Source: an uncultured Nitrososphaeraceae archaeon (GTDB lineage: Archaea > Thermoproteota > Nitrososphaeria > Nitrososphaerales > Nitrososphaeraceae). Taken from it: DNA of 64,000 nucleotides. The notes beneath the pieces were generated by a model that had not been told where the DNA came from, ran no database searches, and saw only the letters and a list, made by a program, of their open reading frames with translations. The stretch covers positions 32,001 through 96,000 of the forward strand of contig CAVSMN010000013.1 of NCBI GenBank assembly GCA_963729045.1, in the 5' to 3' direction. Position numbers and translations under genes: made by a program. Of this stretch, positions 20,694 through 30,416 are shown piece by piece (the stretch's first letter is position 1; every line of letters starts with the position of its first letter).

Positions 20694-21249
20694 TGGCTAC
20701 TAATGTGAGTCACTGTTGTCCATAATCGATAACTAAATTTTTTTCATATTGTTAATACTCTTTTTCAATATTTTACCATCAAATCTAATCAGATCGGGTT
20801 GAATGAAATGATTGAAGCTTTTATTACTAAATACGAAGGACTAAAATGATGATGCAAAATTTCATATATTCTTGATAAGGTTATGATATATGATGATCCT
20901 AATGCCTATGGATATTCTAATATTATATTTCCTAAAGATAAGAATGTAGTATTATGGATACGAAGATGTTTAGGCCGTTTCTAAAAAAACTGATTATAGG
21001 GACTATTTAAAAGATCAACTAGTTTTATTATCGAATGGCCGTATGGTACAGTAAATACGAACCAATTCGATGGATTGTATGAATGCATTATGCAATTATA
21101 ATATATCAGAAAAATTTTATGTAGTTCTAATAATTGTTTTAGAATCAATGAGCATATAGTTACCACCGGGAATGTTTTTAGACTGGCCTTAAATGAATTT
21201 TAATCTCAGCAACAAATTTAAACAATAGGGAAAAATATTTGCTATACTA

Positions 21250-21795
21250 ATGACTTTGCCTTCCAATAAAATATCTGACAACAAATCAAAATTGTATCCA
21301 TATCCTAGTAATTTAAACCACATTGCTGTAAGTGTAACTAATATTGAAGATGTAATAGCGTGGTACACAAAAGTTTTGGGTTTTAATGTTGTAAAACCAC
21401 CTTTCGAAGCCGTTGCAGATGACACTCACATAGGCAAGATCTTTCAAGATGTTTTTGGCAAGAACTTTAAGAAACTAAAGATTGCTCACTTAAGCTTTGG
21501 CAATCAAATTGGGTTCGAAGTTTTCGAATTCATTGAACCTAAAGAAGAGAAAAGGGAGGACAATTTTGAGTATTGGAAGACCGGATTCTTTCATATTTGC
21601 ATAACTGATCCTAATATCGAGGAAACCACGGAAAGGATTGTTGATAGTGGTGGTAAACAGAGAACTCAAATATGGGAGTTAACGAATGGAAAACCTTTCA
21701 AGGTAGTATCGTGTGAAGATCCGTTTGGAAACATCATTGATATTTATACTCATGGCTACGAATACCTTTGGAGATCTGAGAATTATCAAAAATAG
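21250..21795 (+). CDS. VOC/glyoxalase (lactoylglutathione lyase-like) protein
   Basis: LNHIAVSV..WYTKVLGF, GFFHICI and EDPFGNII motifs. Confidence 0.88.
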   Translation: MTLPSNKISDNKSKLYPYPSNLNHIAVSVTNIEDVIAWYTKVLGFNVVKPPFEAVADDTHIGKIFQDVFGKNFKKLKIAHLSFGNQIGFEVFEFIEPKEEKREDNFEYWKTGFFHICITDPNIEETTERIVDSGGKQRTQIWELTNGKPFKVVSCEDPFGNIIDIYTHGYEYLWRSENYQK

Positions 21796-21843
21796 GATTC
21801 AAAAATACTATATTATAAAAATATCAAAAGAGTAAATGCATTT

Positions 21844-22512
21844 TTAAGTTTGTCTTAACATTTTAAGTCTATCGCTAATCATTTCTTTAAGATCAAAATT
21901 ATTGCAAGAATTGTTGTTATCCTCTCCCGCCTCGCATTTTGAGTTTTGTTTAGATACTTGAACCTGATTTCCTCCGTCATTACCATTGCCACCATTGCTA
22001 GCGCTCCCACTGCCATCATCATCGTGTCTGGATATGCTTATGTTATTGCAAGAATTGTTGTTATCCTCTCCCGCCTCGCATTTTGAGTTTTGTTTAGATA
22101 CTTGAACCTGATTTCCTCCGTCATTACCACCACCATTGCTAGCGCTCCCACTGCCATCATCATCGTGTCTGGATATGCTTATGTTATTGCAAGAATTGTT
22201 GTTATCCTCTCCCGCCTCGCATTTTGAGTTTTGTTTAGATACTTGAACCTGATTTCCTCCGTCATTACCATTGCCGCTAGCGCTCCCACTGCCATCATCA
22301 TCGTGTCTGGATATGCTTATGTTATTGCAAGAATTGTTGTTATCCTCTCCCGCCTCGCATTTTGAGTTTTGTTTAGATACTTGAGATTGATCAAAATCTT
22401 TTTTTCCATGCGCACTATATTCCATAGATCCTAAGAAAGAAAATGAGGTTACAGTTAATAGTAAAACCGTTAATATCATTACAGATGTTTTTAAACGATG
22501 TTTAATCTGCAA
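21844..22512 (-). CDS. Secreted acidic 4-repeat divergent member of the C-x9-C family
   Basis: Signal peptide; repeats NQVQVSKQNSKCEAGEDNNNSCNNISISRHDDDGSGS. Confidence 0.82.
   Translation of the reverse strand: MQIKHRLKTSVMILTVLLLTVTSFSFLGSMEYSAHGKKDFDQSQVSKQNSKCEAGEDNNNSCNNISISRHDDDGSGSASGNGNDGGNQVQVSKQNSKCEAGEDNNNSCNNISISRHDDDGSGSASNGGGNDGGNQVQVSKQNSKCEAGEDNNNSCNNISISRHDDDGSGSASNGGNGNDGGNQVQVSKQNSKCEAGEDNNNSCNNFDLKEMISDRLKMLRQT
21900..22385 (-). repeat. Near-perfect 138-144 bp coding tandem repeat (3 full units plus a partial)
   Basis: attgcaagaattgttgttatcctctcccgcctcgcattttgag recurs at 21901, 22045, 22186 and 22324. Confidence 0.93.
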
Positions 22513-22820
22513 ACTTTTACCCGTATATTTTTAAACAATAATATATAATATTACTATTTTTAAAGATTTGTATATAACTTATTTATATATCATAATAATA
22601 CTAAATAATTCTATTAATTTTATTATTATAATATCTTGAATTGAGGTTCTACAGAGATGAGGAAAATACTATCCTAGTATCATGCTTATCATCCAGAATA
22701 ACAACCATTTTTTTTAATTATCATGGCGCGTCACATTTTTTTGTGATATTTGTCAAAAGGTCAGATTTATTTCAAAATAACTTTGACAATGTTTTTCGTT
22801 GCTCAGACTTTTTCTTGATT

Positions 22821-22856
22821 CTCCCTCCCCACCTCCCCACCTCCCCACCTCCCCAC
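22821..22856. repeat. 8-bp C-rich tandem repeat (cctcccca x4)
   Basis: Directly visible; four G4 runs on the minus strand. Confidence 0.85.
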
Positions 22857-23017
22857 ATACTTCAGGGACTACTACCAATTCTTTCAATTCCTATCTTTAA
22901 CTTCATCGAGATCAATCCATCCTTCATAACTTCTCTTGGGACTTCAAATATAGAATTCCTGGTTGAAGAAAGTAAGATTAATCTTGGTAGATCAGAAAAG
23001 AAAAAGAGAAAGATAAA

Positions 23018-25084
23018 TTGAAATACTATATAGGTTGCAGTGGATGGAAGAGCCCAGAATGGGCCAAGAAATTTTATCCTGCTGGATTGGAATCAACGCA
23101 ATATCTTTCGTATTATTCCAAACTTTTCAAATTTGTGCATCTTGACCTCGGCAAGAGCTTATTTCCTCCAAGCTCTATTGCTCTAAAAAAATGGGCGAAT
23201 GAAACTTCGGATGATTTTCGATTCTCTATAAAAATTCCTCAAAATCTTATCAATAAGACCATGAGATCAGACCAATTTGAATCACTTGGAAGGTTTTTGG
23301 AAGATTTACAAGTGCTAAAAGAAAAAATTCTTGTAATTTTATTGTCACCACCCCCCCAAGTATCCTTACGAAATACTGGACGTACCTGGTTAGAGGAAAT
23401 ACTGCATAACGCTACTTATCACGGTTTTTCTGTGGCTGTTGATTTTGGGAACACTAATACATGGTACCAAGAATTAACGTACAATATTTTAAGAAAACAT
23501 AATTCATCTTTTGCTTGGTCACATACCGGATATCGATATTACTATCCAGCCGTTACTTCTAATTTCATTTTCCTTAATCTTGATAATGCTTCTATCAATA
23601 ATGACCGAGCTATGAGATGGATCAATTTGATAAAGCAAAAGGAAAAGGAAACAGGTTATCCAAAATATACCAATAATGTTATTGATTATTCAATTATTGT
23701 ACTCCGGAACCCGTCCATGGTTCATCTTATTCAAAATTTGATAATTCCTAAACCTAAAAGTGTTAATTCATCAGAAGATTCCCAAAAGCCTTCTCTTGCT
23801 ACCCAAATCTGGTCGGGAAAAATTATCATGCACATTGACATGAATGCTTTTTTTCCAGCCTGTGAAGAACTGAGAGACTCTTCTCTTAAAGGTAAGGCCC
23901 ATGCAGTAATAATGACTCCTGAAAGAGAAGGCAGCTTGATAACAAGAGGAGCCGTCGCTTCTTGTTCATACGAGGCTCGAAAATTTGGCGTTAGATCTGC
24001 AATGTCTTTATCAAAAGCCAAGGAGTTGTGTCCTAGCCTTATACTAAAACCTGTAGACAAAGAATATTACAATTCGATCTCTCAACAGGTAATGAGACTA
24101 TTGGAGGAATATGCCGATGCATTAGAACAAACTAGTATCGATGAGGCATACATTGATTGCACTAAAAAAATTTCGCAGTATCAAAAACAGAATATTTCAG
24201 GAGATAATCCTGTCAATCAGAAAAAATTGAAAAATACCCCTAATAATTCCACAAGAAAATATGACATCCAGGAAGGTTTTTCAATCCGGGAATTTGCATT
24301 AAATATTAAAGATTCTATCAGGTCACAGTGTAATGGACTAATTTGTTCAATTGGAGTTGCGTCAAACAAGTCGGTTGCCAAGATTGCATCTGATTTTCAA
24401 AAACCAGATGGGCTTACTATCGTTTATCCTCAAGACACTATAACATTTTTGTCCGCACTGGCAGTAGATAGAATATCTGGAATTGGAATAAAAACTACAC
24501 GTACACTTAAAGACATGGGGATTGAGACTATAGGACATTTATCCGATTCGAATATCCAAAAACTGTCTGATCAATTTGGGAAAAAACAAGCACTGTGGAT
24601 GTGGCAGATAGCAAATGGCAAAGAAAATGAACCTGTTATACCGCGCGAAAACAACCTGTCCTTAAGTACCGAGGAGACATTGTTAAGACCCCTAATTAAT
24701 AAAAAAGATATCCTGAATATTCTTGTTAATGATATGGCTGATGATATTTATGAACGTGTCAGGAGAAAAGGATACAAGTTTAAAACTGTTGGAATCAAGT
24801 TAGTTAGGACTGATTTTTCAATTGAAACCAGAGAAATTACCTTTTCATCATATCAAAAGACTAAAGAAAGTATAATATCTGTTATGGGGACATTATTGAA
24901 TCGATTCAGTCTTAATGATGATGACAGCAACACCGAAGAGATTGGCGAAGGGGATATTCATACTGCCAATAGCTATGATGTAAATTCCATGTACATAAGA
25001 AAACTTGGCATTAAAGTGTCCAACCTGTTAAAAATAGATAAGGATGGAAGAAATCCTCAAAAATCCATAATGGATTTCCTTTGA
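23018..25084 (+). CDS. dinB: DUF72 domain fused to Y-family DNA polymerase IV
   Basis: N-terminal YIGCSGW..W...FYP..L.YYS (DUF72); from ~aa 268 IMHIDMNAFF, SCSYEARKFGVRSAM, SIDEAYID, AKIASDFQKPDG; C-terminal PIP-box-like QKSIMDFL. Confidence 0.9.
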   Translation: MKYYIGCSGWKSPEWAKKFYPAGLESTQYLSYYSKLFKFVHLDLGKSLFPPSSIALKKWANETSDDFRFSIKIPQNLINKTMRSDQFESLGRFLEDLQVLKEKILVILLSPPPQVSLRNTGRTWLEEILHNATYHGFSVAVDFGNTNTWYQELTYNILRKHNSSFAWSHTGYRYYYPAVTSNFIFLNLDNASINNDRAMRWINLIKQKEKETGYPKYTNNVIDYSIIVLRNPSMVHLIQNLIIPKPKSVNSSEDSQKPSLATQIWSGKIIMHIDMNAFFPACEELRDSSLKGKAHAVIMTPEREGSLITRGAVASCSYEARKFGVRSAMSLSKAKELCPSLILKPVDKEYYNSISQQVMRLLEEYADALEQTSIDEAYIDCTKKISQYQKQNISGDNPVNQKKLKNTPNNSTRKYDIQEGFSIREFALNIKDSIRSQCNGLICSIGVASNKSVAKIASDFQKPDGLTIVYPQDTITFLSALAVDRISGIGIKTTRTLKDMGIETIGHLSDSNIQKLSDQFGKKQALWMWQIANGKENEPVIPRENNLSLSTEETLLRPLINKKDILNILVNDMADDIYERVRRKGYKFKTVGIKLVRTDFSIETREITFSSYQKTKESIISVMGTLLNRFSLNDDDSNTEEIGEGDIHTANSYDVNSMYIRKLGIKVSNLLKIDKDGRNPQKSIMDFL

Positions 25085-25259
25085 CGTTATTATTAATATT
25101 TTAATAAAATTTTGACCATTCTAGGACATTTAGGAAACTCTGGATAGATAAACAATAAAGAAAAACATATTTTTTGCCCTGTAATGGATTGATATCGACA
25201 CTTTATATACATCCTTAAATTTATAAAAACAGTATTCTAATTATTATTAGCCAATATTT

Positions 25260-25979
25260 ATGAGTGTACCATCTTCTTTCAACCACAAACATAAAATTAT
25301 TTATGACAACAATGTTTTAGAATTTCAAATAATTCGGACACAAAGAAGAAGAAAAACTAACGAAATTTTGATTGAATATGGCAATGTGTCAGTACGAACT
25401 TCAACATCATCATCCTTGAAAGAAATCGAGTCACTCGTAAGTAAAAAGGCAAAGTGGATATTTCAAAAAATCAAAGAACAAGATAATCCAGATGCATCAA
25501 TTAAAGTACCCCTTTATCAAAATAATTCTACTTTACCATATCTTGGAAAGAACTATGGATTAAGGATTATTGGTCATAATTCGAATCTATTGAGTTTTTC
25601 TAATGATGGATTTATTATTTACACCAATAGAAGAAACGTAAAACGCATTTATGAACAATGGTTAGCTAACATGGCTTATCCGATTATTAGTCCAATAATA
25701 GCAAAGTATTCAAAACTTCTAAATGTGTCACCTACAAAAATATTGCTAAAAAAATTGAAAAGTAGGTGGGGCAGTGCAACATATCGTAATATCATAAATC
25801 TTAATATCCATCTTTTAAAGGCTCCAATGGATGTAATTGAGTATGTGGTATTACATGAACTAAGTCATCTCATTGAAAGAAATCATTCTAAGCGATTCTG
25901 GAAAATAGTATCAGATAATATGAGTGATTATAAAATCAAAATAAGGTGGCTCAAAGTCAACGGCCCTTATATTTTATGA
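25260..25979 (+). CDS. YgjP/DUF45 (M48/SprT-like) metallo-hydrolase
   Basis: KSRWGSA, YVVLHELSHL and NHSKRFW motifs. Confidence 0.88.
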   Translation: MSVPSSFNHKHKIIYDNNVLEFQIIRTQRRRKTNEILIEYGNVSVRTSTSSSLKEIESLVSKKAKWIFQKIKEQDNPDASIKVPLYQNNSTLPYLGKNYGLRIIGHNSNLLSFSNDGFIIYTNRRNVKRIYEQWLANMAYPIISPIIAKYSKLLNVSPTKILLKKLKSRWGSATYRNIINLNIHLLKAPMDVIEYVVLHELSHLIERNHSKRFWKIVSDNMSDYKIKIRWLKVNGPYIL

Positions 25980-26153
25980 AGGTCTTCTTTTAGTTTTAGA
26001 TATTTCATGTCTGTACTTTTTTTGACTAGCATCTTATTATTACTAAAGATTAGATAACCTTAGTGTCGCGGTCCTCACTGTACTTTTACTTAGAGTCGTG
26101 AGTCGTGTGATGCTAAACACTAAATAAATAAAACAGACCTTTCAATTAATTGT

Positions 26154-26954
26154 GTGTTCACGCTAAGGAATTGTATTCTTCACACTTTTGCAGTTATTTT
26201 TGCACTATTTTTTGTTCTATGGTATGTTGAAGTTGAAGTTGAAGTTGAACCTAAACTTGCTAGTGGTCAAAATATGAATCCAGATGCGAGTCTATTTAAG
26301 TGTGATTCGTATGTTGGCGAGTTTTATACGCTAAACAAGTCCTTGGATTGCGATTTTGAGAATGGTATATCAATAAATACCAATAATACTGTTATTAATT
26401 TAAATAACTTTTCTATTTTGGGTTCAGGTTACTTGAACCCTTATACCGGCATTTTGATATCAAATAAAGAAAATGTTACTCTAACGGGAAATGGAATAGT
26501 TGGTCATTTTCAAATTGGAGTCTACATAAATAACTCCAAAAATGTTGATATATCTAAAGTTAACTTCACAGGGAATGAAATTTCCATTTATGCTGCAAAT
26601 TCTTCAGGAATTCTCATAGACAATAATCGATTCTATACTAACACTGCCGGGATTAAATTCTTCACAAATGGTGATTCTATGATTTCAAATAACACATTTG
26701 ATTCTAATGATATTTCTTCTATTTCTTTATTTGGTTCTCATGATAATATAATAAATGATAATCTTATATCCAGCAGCTTGAATGGAATATTTGTTGATAC
26801 TAAAAGTACAAATACTTCTTTGAATTCTAATCATTTTACAAGGAGTTTTGGTGTAGACATAAACATAGGAAATGGAGGAAAATTTAACGAAATCGGTAAT
26901 TCAATTTCAAATAATACTTGCTCTATAAGTATACCTGAAAAATTGTGTAAATAA
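26154..26954 (+). CDS. Secreted right-handed beta-helix (NosD-like) protein
   Basis: N-terminal TM/signal segment; repeated N..I..N.F..N..GI beta-helix pattern. Confidence 0.8.
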   Translation: MFTLRNCILHTFAVIFALFFVLWYVEVEVEVEPKLASGQNMNPDASLFKCDSYVGEFYTLNKSLDCDFENGISINTNNTVINLNNFSILGSGYLNPYTGILISNKENVTLTGNGIVGHFQIGVYINNSKNVDISKVNFTGNEISIYAANSSGILIDNNRFYTNTAGIKFFTNGDSMISNNTFDSNDISSISLFGSHDNIINDNLISSSLNGIFVDTKSTNTSLNSNHFTRSFGVDINIGNGGKFNEIGNSISNNTCSISIPEKLCK

Positions 26955-27034
26955 CCAATACAATAATCCATATATATTAATCGATAAGTAATTCAAAATT
27001 TTTATACCATTTGTGTATAGTAGGTTTCGACAAT

Positions 27035-27217
27035 ATGAGTAATCAAGATGCCGAAAGGGATGAAATCAAAGATGAGACCCATGAACTACAAGACGATGAG
27101 AGCGATATAGAGGAAGAGGAGGAAGAGGAGGAAGAGGAAAAGGATATAGATTTTGAAGATGAAGATGAAGATGAATCCGAGGAGGAAAACAGTGACCCAC
27201 AGCCCGATAATGGCTAA
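27035..27217 (+). CDS. Small highly acidic protein
   Basis: 60 aa, more than half Asp/Glu, with a polyE tract. Confidence 0.6.
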   Translation: MSNQDAERDEIKDETHELQDDESDIEEEEEEEEEEKDIDFEDEDEDESEEENSDPQPDNG

Positions 27218-27280
27218 CTGACTGATAATTATCCATTCTTTAGTAGCTGGAGGCAAATGCAAAGACAAAGGGTAACTGGC

Positions 27281-28141
27281 CTAATTGATGAATTCATTTC
27301 TTTTATTCTTTTTTGAAATATGGTCGGTAATATGATATTTGTTATACCAAAATAGGGCACCAGACATGATTATGAAATCAGCGATGTAAAATAAATCCCA
27401 CGGTAAAGCCGATGCTGAACCGTTGATGTAATCATTTGTATAGCCATTATCTGCTATAGCGTTTACTAATAACGATAACGAAGCTAGTACCCAAGGTACC
27501 GAGTGTTGGTACTCTCTATATATATTCAACAATATGGTTATCGAGGGAATAATTAAACATAAATCTAAAATTGGATATAGTAAAGTAACTACAAGATCTG
27601 ACCATCCATAACCTTTTTCAGCAGCATCAATCTCCCCATTATTTAAGAACGATTCTGGTAAAGGTAGGAAGCTAACAAAATTGACTATAACAAACCCTAT
27701 AACAACTGCAGAAATAATTGTCAGAGTTACAGACAAGTTTCTAATCCTTATGGTTCTAATAATGGATACCAAATGAAAAATAAGAAACAGATACCCGCCC
27801 AACCATAGCATATCTAATAGAGTTATTCGCTTAAATTCATCCACATGTAAGACAAAATAAGAGTACATTATTCCCAAGTCTGCTGCAAACCACAATGCAA
27901 TACCAATTGTTAAAAACAAATAAGATTTTCCATGGCTTCCAGAAATTCCATGTCTTACAACCGCTATTACGCCCAAACCCGTGGCAGTAGCACCTGCAAT
28001 ATTAAGACTAATTATTGCAATTGCATGCTGAAAATGTTCATCAGGGATTAATACTATGGATAAATCGACAAATATAATGCTCGAAACCATCAAAATTATT
28101 AGATACTTTAATGTTTTTTTATAACTTGATTCGTTTGCCAA
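27281..28141 (-). CDS. Multi-pass membrane protein (resembles sensor input domains)
   Basis: About 8 hydrophobic helices; D..WL.GY and YPILD motifs. Confidence 0.75.
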   Translation of the reverse strand: MANESSYKKTLKYLIILMVSSIIFVDLSIVLIPDEHFQHAIAIISLNIAGATATGLGVIAVVRHGISGSHGKSYLFLTIGIALWFAADLGIMYSYFVLHVDEFKRITLLDMLWLGGYLFLIFHLVSIIRTIRIRNLSVTLTIISAVVIGFVIVNFVSFLPLPESFLNNGEIDAAEKGYGWSDLVVTLLYPILDLCLIIPSITILLNIYREYQHSVPWVLASLSLLVNAIADNGYTNDYINGSASALPWDLFYIADFIIMSGALFWYNKYHITDHISKKNKRNEFIN

Positions 28142-28366
28142 TTTATTTTACGTTAATGCCTTTCATAAATACCTTAATTGATGGACTATTTATCTATTAT
28201 CTGTGGATTTTTGCCTAATTGTGATATGACTTGATTGGTCTGGTCCTCTTTATCATAGTGTTTATCATAATTACTGTTTGTAATAATCTTAATTTTCTTA
28301 AACGTTCTAGCTTATTTAATTGGAATCCTGCTGAAAATATTTGGTAATTATGTCTAAATGGAATTA

Positions 28367-28879
28367 CTATTCGCCTACAAATTTTAGACCATACTTTGTT
28401 TCTCCTATATGAAGTGTTATTCTATCATCATCGGTTTTGATATTGGGGATATTGGTATTATAGTCATTTTTAATAGGCATCCCTACTTCTTTGAAATAAT
28501 TTTCAAATCCTGCCGGAGAAATAATCATAATTAATTTACCTTCCTCTACCCCAATTTTCTTATATGAGTGAAAAATATTACTCTTTAAATTCAAAAACAT
28601 TCCCGGATCCGCTTTAATACTTTTGTCTCCATACTCGAAAAGAAAATTTCCTTTGACCACATAAAATACAATATTTTCATTACTATGTTTGTGAGGAGGT
28701 ACATTCTGCTCGACCCCTGCTGGAAATAGTAGTTCTAAGACCGAATAATTTTGATCAGTTTCTTTTCCTGTAATACCTATGGTATATATCAATCCTCCCA
28801 AAAAATATCTAGAGCAATCATTTTTTGTACTCTCGTTTAGATGATTGTGTTTTATGAGGCTGTCTTCATTCATAACCAT
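28367..28879 (-). CDS. Cupin domain protein (quercetin dioxygenase-like)
   Basis: PPHKHSNE..FYVVKG, H.Y and PAGFENYF motifs. Confidence 0.82.
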   Translation of the reverse strand: MVMNEDSLIKHNHLNESTKNDCSRYFLGGLIYTIGITGKETDQNYSVLELLFPAGVEQNVPPHKHSNENIVFYVVKGNFLFEYGDKSIKADPGMFLNLKSNIFHSYKKIGVEEGKLIMIISPAGFENYFKEVGMPIKNDYNTNIPNIKTDDDRITLHIGETKYGLKFVGE

Positions 28880-29050
28880 AGTTAGTAATTATTGATATAA
28901 GCATTCTAGTTGTGCTTTACCAGTCAAAAATTTAGGGTGTAAACTGTGAGAATAAAATATACATTCAACATTGTATTATCATTCACCATTGTCAAATTAC
29001 CATTTTAATTTATACAAATGAGAGTAACTTTTTTAAGAATTAAGAGTTCT

Positions 29051-29349
29051 TACAATCTTTTCGGGATATTTGCTATCCATAGTCCAGAAGCTTGTCCATT
29101 AAATAATACCAAAAAGAGGTCTTTAAAGAGATCTTTAATAAATTGCAGTCAAACTCTGAAAAATATGGGGTAAAAAATATCAGTGGATTCTATATGTCTG
29201 TGCTTAAGCATGAGTGGATTATTATGGTTGAAGCAAACAGTGCTCATGATATAGAACAACTCTACATTGATTCAGACATCTTTTCCTTTAATACAGTGAA
29301 AATAGTTCCATTGAAAAACTATCAAGACGTCGTAAGCAAGCTTGCCTGA
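29051..29349 (+). pseudogene. Frameshifted or degraded small hypothetical gene
   Basis: Upstream frame reads YNLFGIFAIHSPEACPLNN and joins EVFKEIFNKLQSNSEKYGVK only with a shift near 29112; no clear start codon. Confidence 0.5.
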
Positions 29350-29417
29350 TATTATTCATTTACTTTTGTATTTTTTATATATTTATAGAGAACCATGCTA
29401 CTATAACTTGATATTTT

Positions 29418-29804
29418 TTGGCTAGTGCGAATAATTTTGGAATAGAAAAGGGAAAAGGCGATGTAGCGATAAAATGGATAAATGAATTTATCATAAAGAG
29501 CAACAAATCTTTCAAAATTTCTATTACAAATAATCAAATACATACCTTAAATTTTGGAGATTTTGATTTGGTGGAATGGAGCGGTGATTGGAGCATAGCC
29601 AGAAACGTCATAAAAAAATCAAGTACAAAATTAAATATCAAAGTAATTGAGGCTGGATATCATAAAAAACATAACATCCTTGAAGCATTTTTTGGAATGA
29701 GCCAAGAATTTTGCAAAGTTTATAGCAGTGGAAAATTTGTTGGGACATTGATCCTTAAAAGAAAATCAGGCAATTGGATTGTAGATAAAGAGAAACGCGG
29801 ATAG
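29418..29804 (+). CDS. Hypothetical protein
   Basis: 128-aa ORF. Confidence 0.65.
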   Translation: MASANNFGIEKGKGDVAIKWINEFIIKSNKSFKISITNNQIHTLNFGDFDLVEWSGDWSIARNVIKKSSTKLNIKVIEAGYHKKHNILEAFFGMSQEFCKVYSSGKFVGTLILKRKSGNWIVDKEKRG

Positions 29805-29857
29805 CTAATGATCCATTCTTATTTTCGTCATGTTTGTAGACTTTATTATTAATATTA

Positions 29858-30325
29858 TCAGGAAGACACTCTTATGCCTTCATTTGTAATGTTTATATCT
29901 TTATTATTTGCATCGACCTTATCATGCATTATCCACTTTTGGGTCGGAAGAATAATGTAGTTTTGTGTAATTGTGAGTTTTAGATCATCAACGTAAAAAA
30001 TTCCGCTTACTAGAATTGTTTTTTTATCTAGGATTCTGGATTCAAATACTATTTCACCAGCTTTATCAACAATCAAAACATGATCAAGATCTGATTTTTT
30101 TATTTTCAGATCTGGGGAACAATATTTGCATACGTTCTCTACGACTTCAATTACTAACTTATTGTCGGGATCGACTATATTGACCGAAATAAAAGGATTT
30201 TGTGAATCTGATATTTGTTCTAATTTGAATAAAGATTTTTCGTTATACCTTATGCTTCTTGGACTATTTGATATAAAGTTATTACCAATCAATAATGTAA
30301 AAGTCATGTTATATGTGTGATCCAT
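29858..30325 (-). CDS. Hypothetical protein (beta-rich)
   Basis: 155-aa ORF. Confidence 0.65.
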   Translation of the reverse strand: MDHTYNMTFTLLIGNNFISNSPRSIRYNEKSLFKLEQISDSQNPFISVNIVDPDNKLVIEVVENVCKYCSPDLKIKKSDLDHVLIVDKAGEIVFESRILDKKTILVSGIFYVDDLKLTITQNYIILPTQKWIMHDKVDANNKDINITNEGIRVSS

Positions 30326-30416
30326 TACGTATCTATTTTATTCTTCTCATTTGGAAATTACATATACATTTAAAACTGTTCTAATATGCTCAAAGATTGT
30401 GTCACTAAAGAGCGAT

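Noticed and set aside
20808..21190. Short broken plus-strand reading frames, possible gene remnant
   Set aside because: Multiple stops and no identifiable family.
21900..22385. Possible CRISPR-like repeat-spacer structure
   Set aside because: The intervening segments are also near-identical and periods are multiples of 3; it is a coding tandem repeat.
22641..23021. 126-aa ORF upstream of dinB
   Set aside because: TTG start, unnatural composition, and it runs through a simple repeat; probably spurious.
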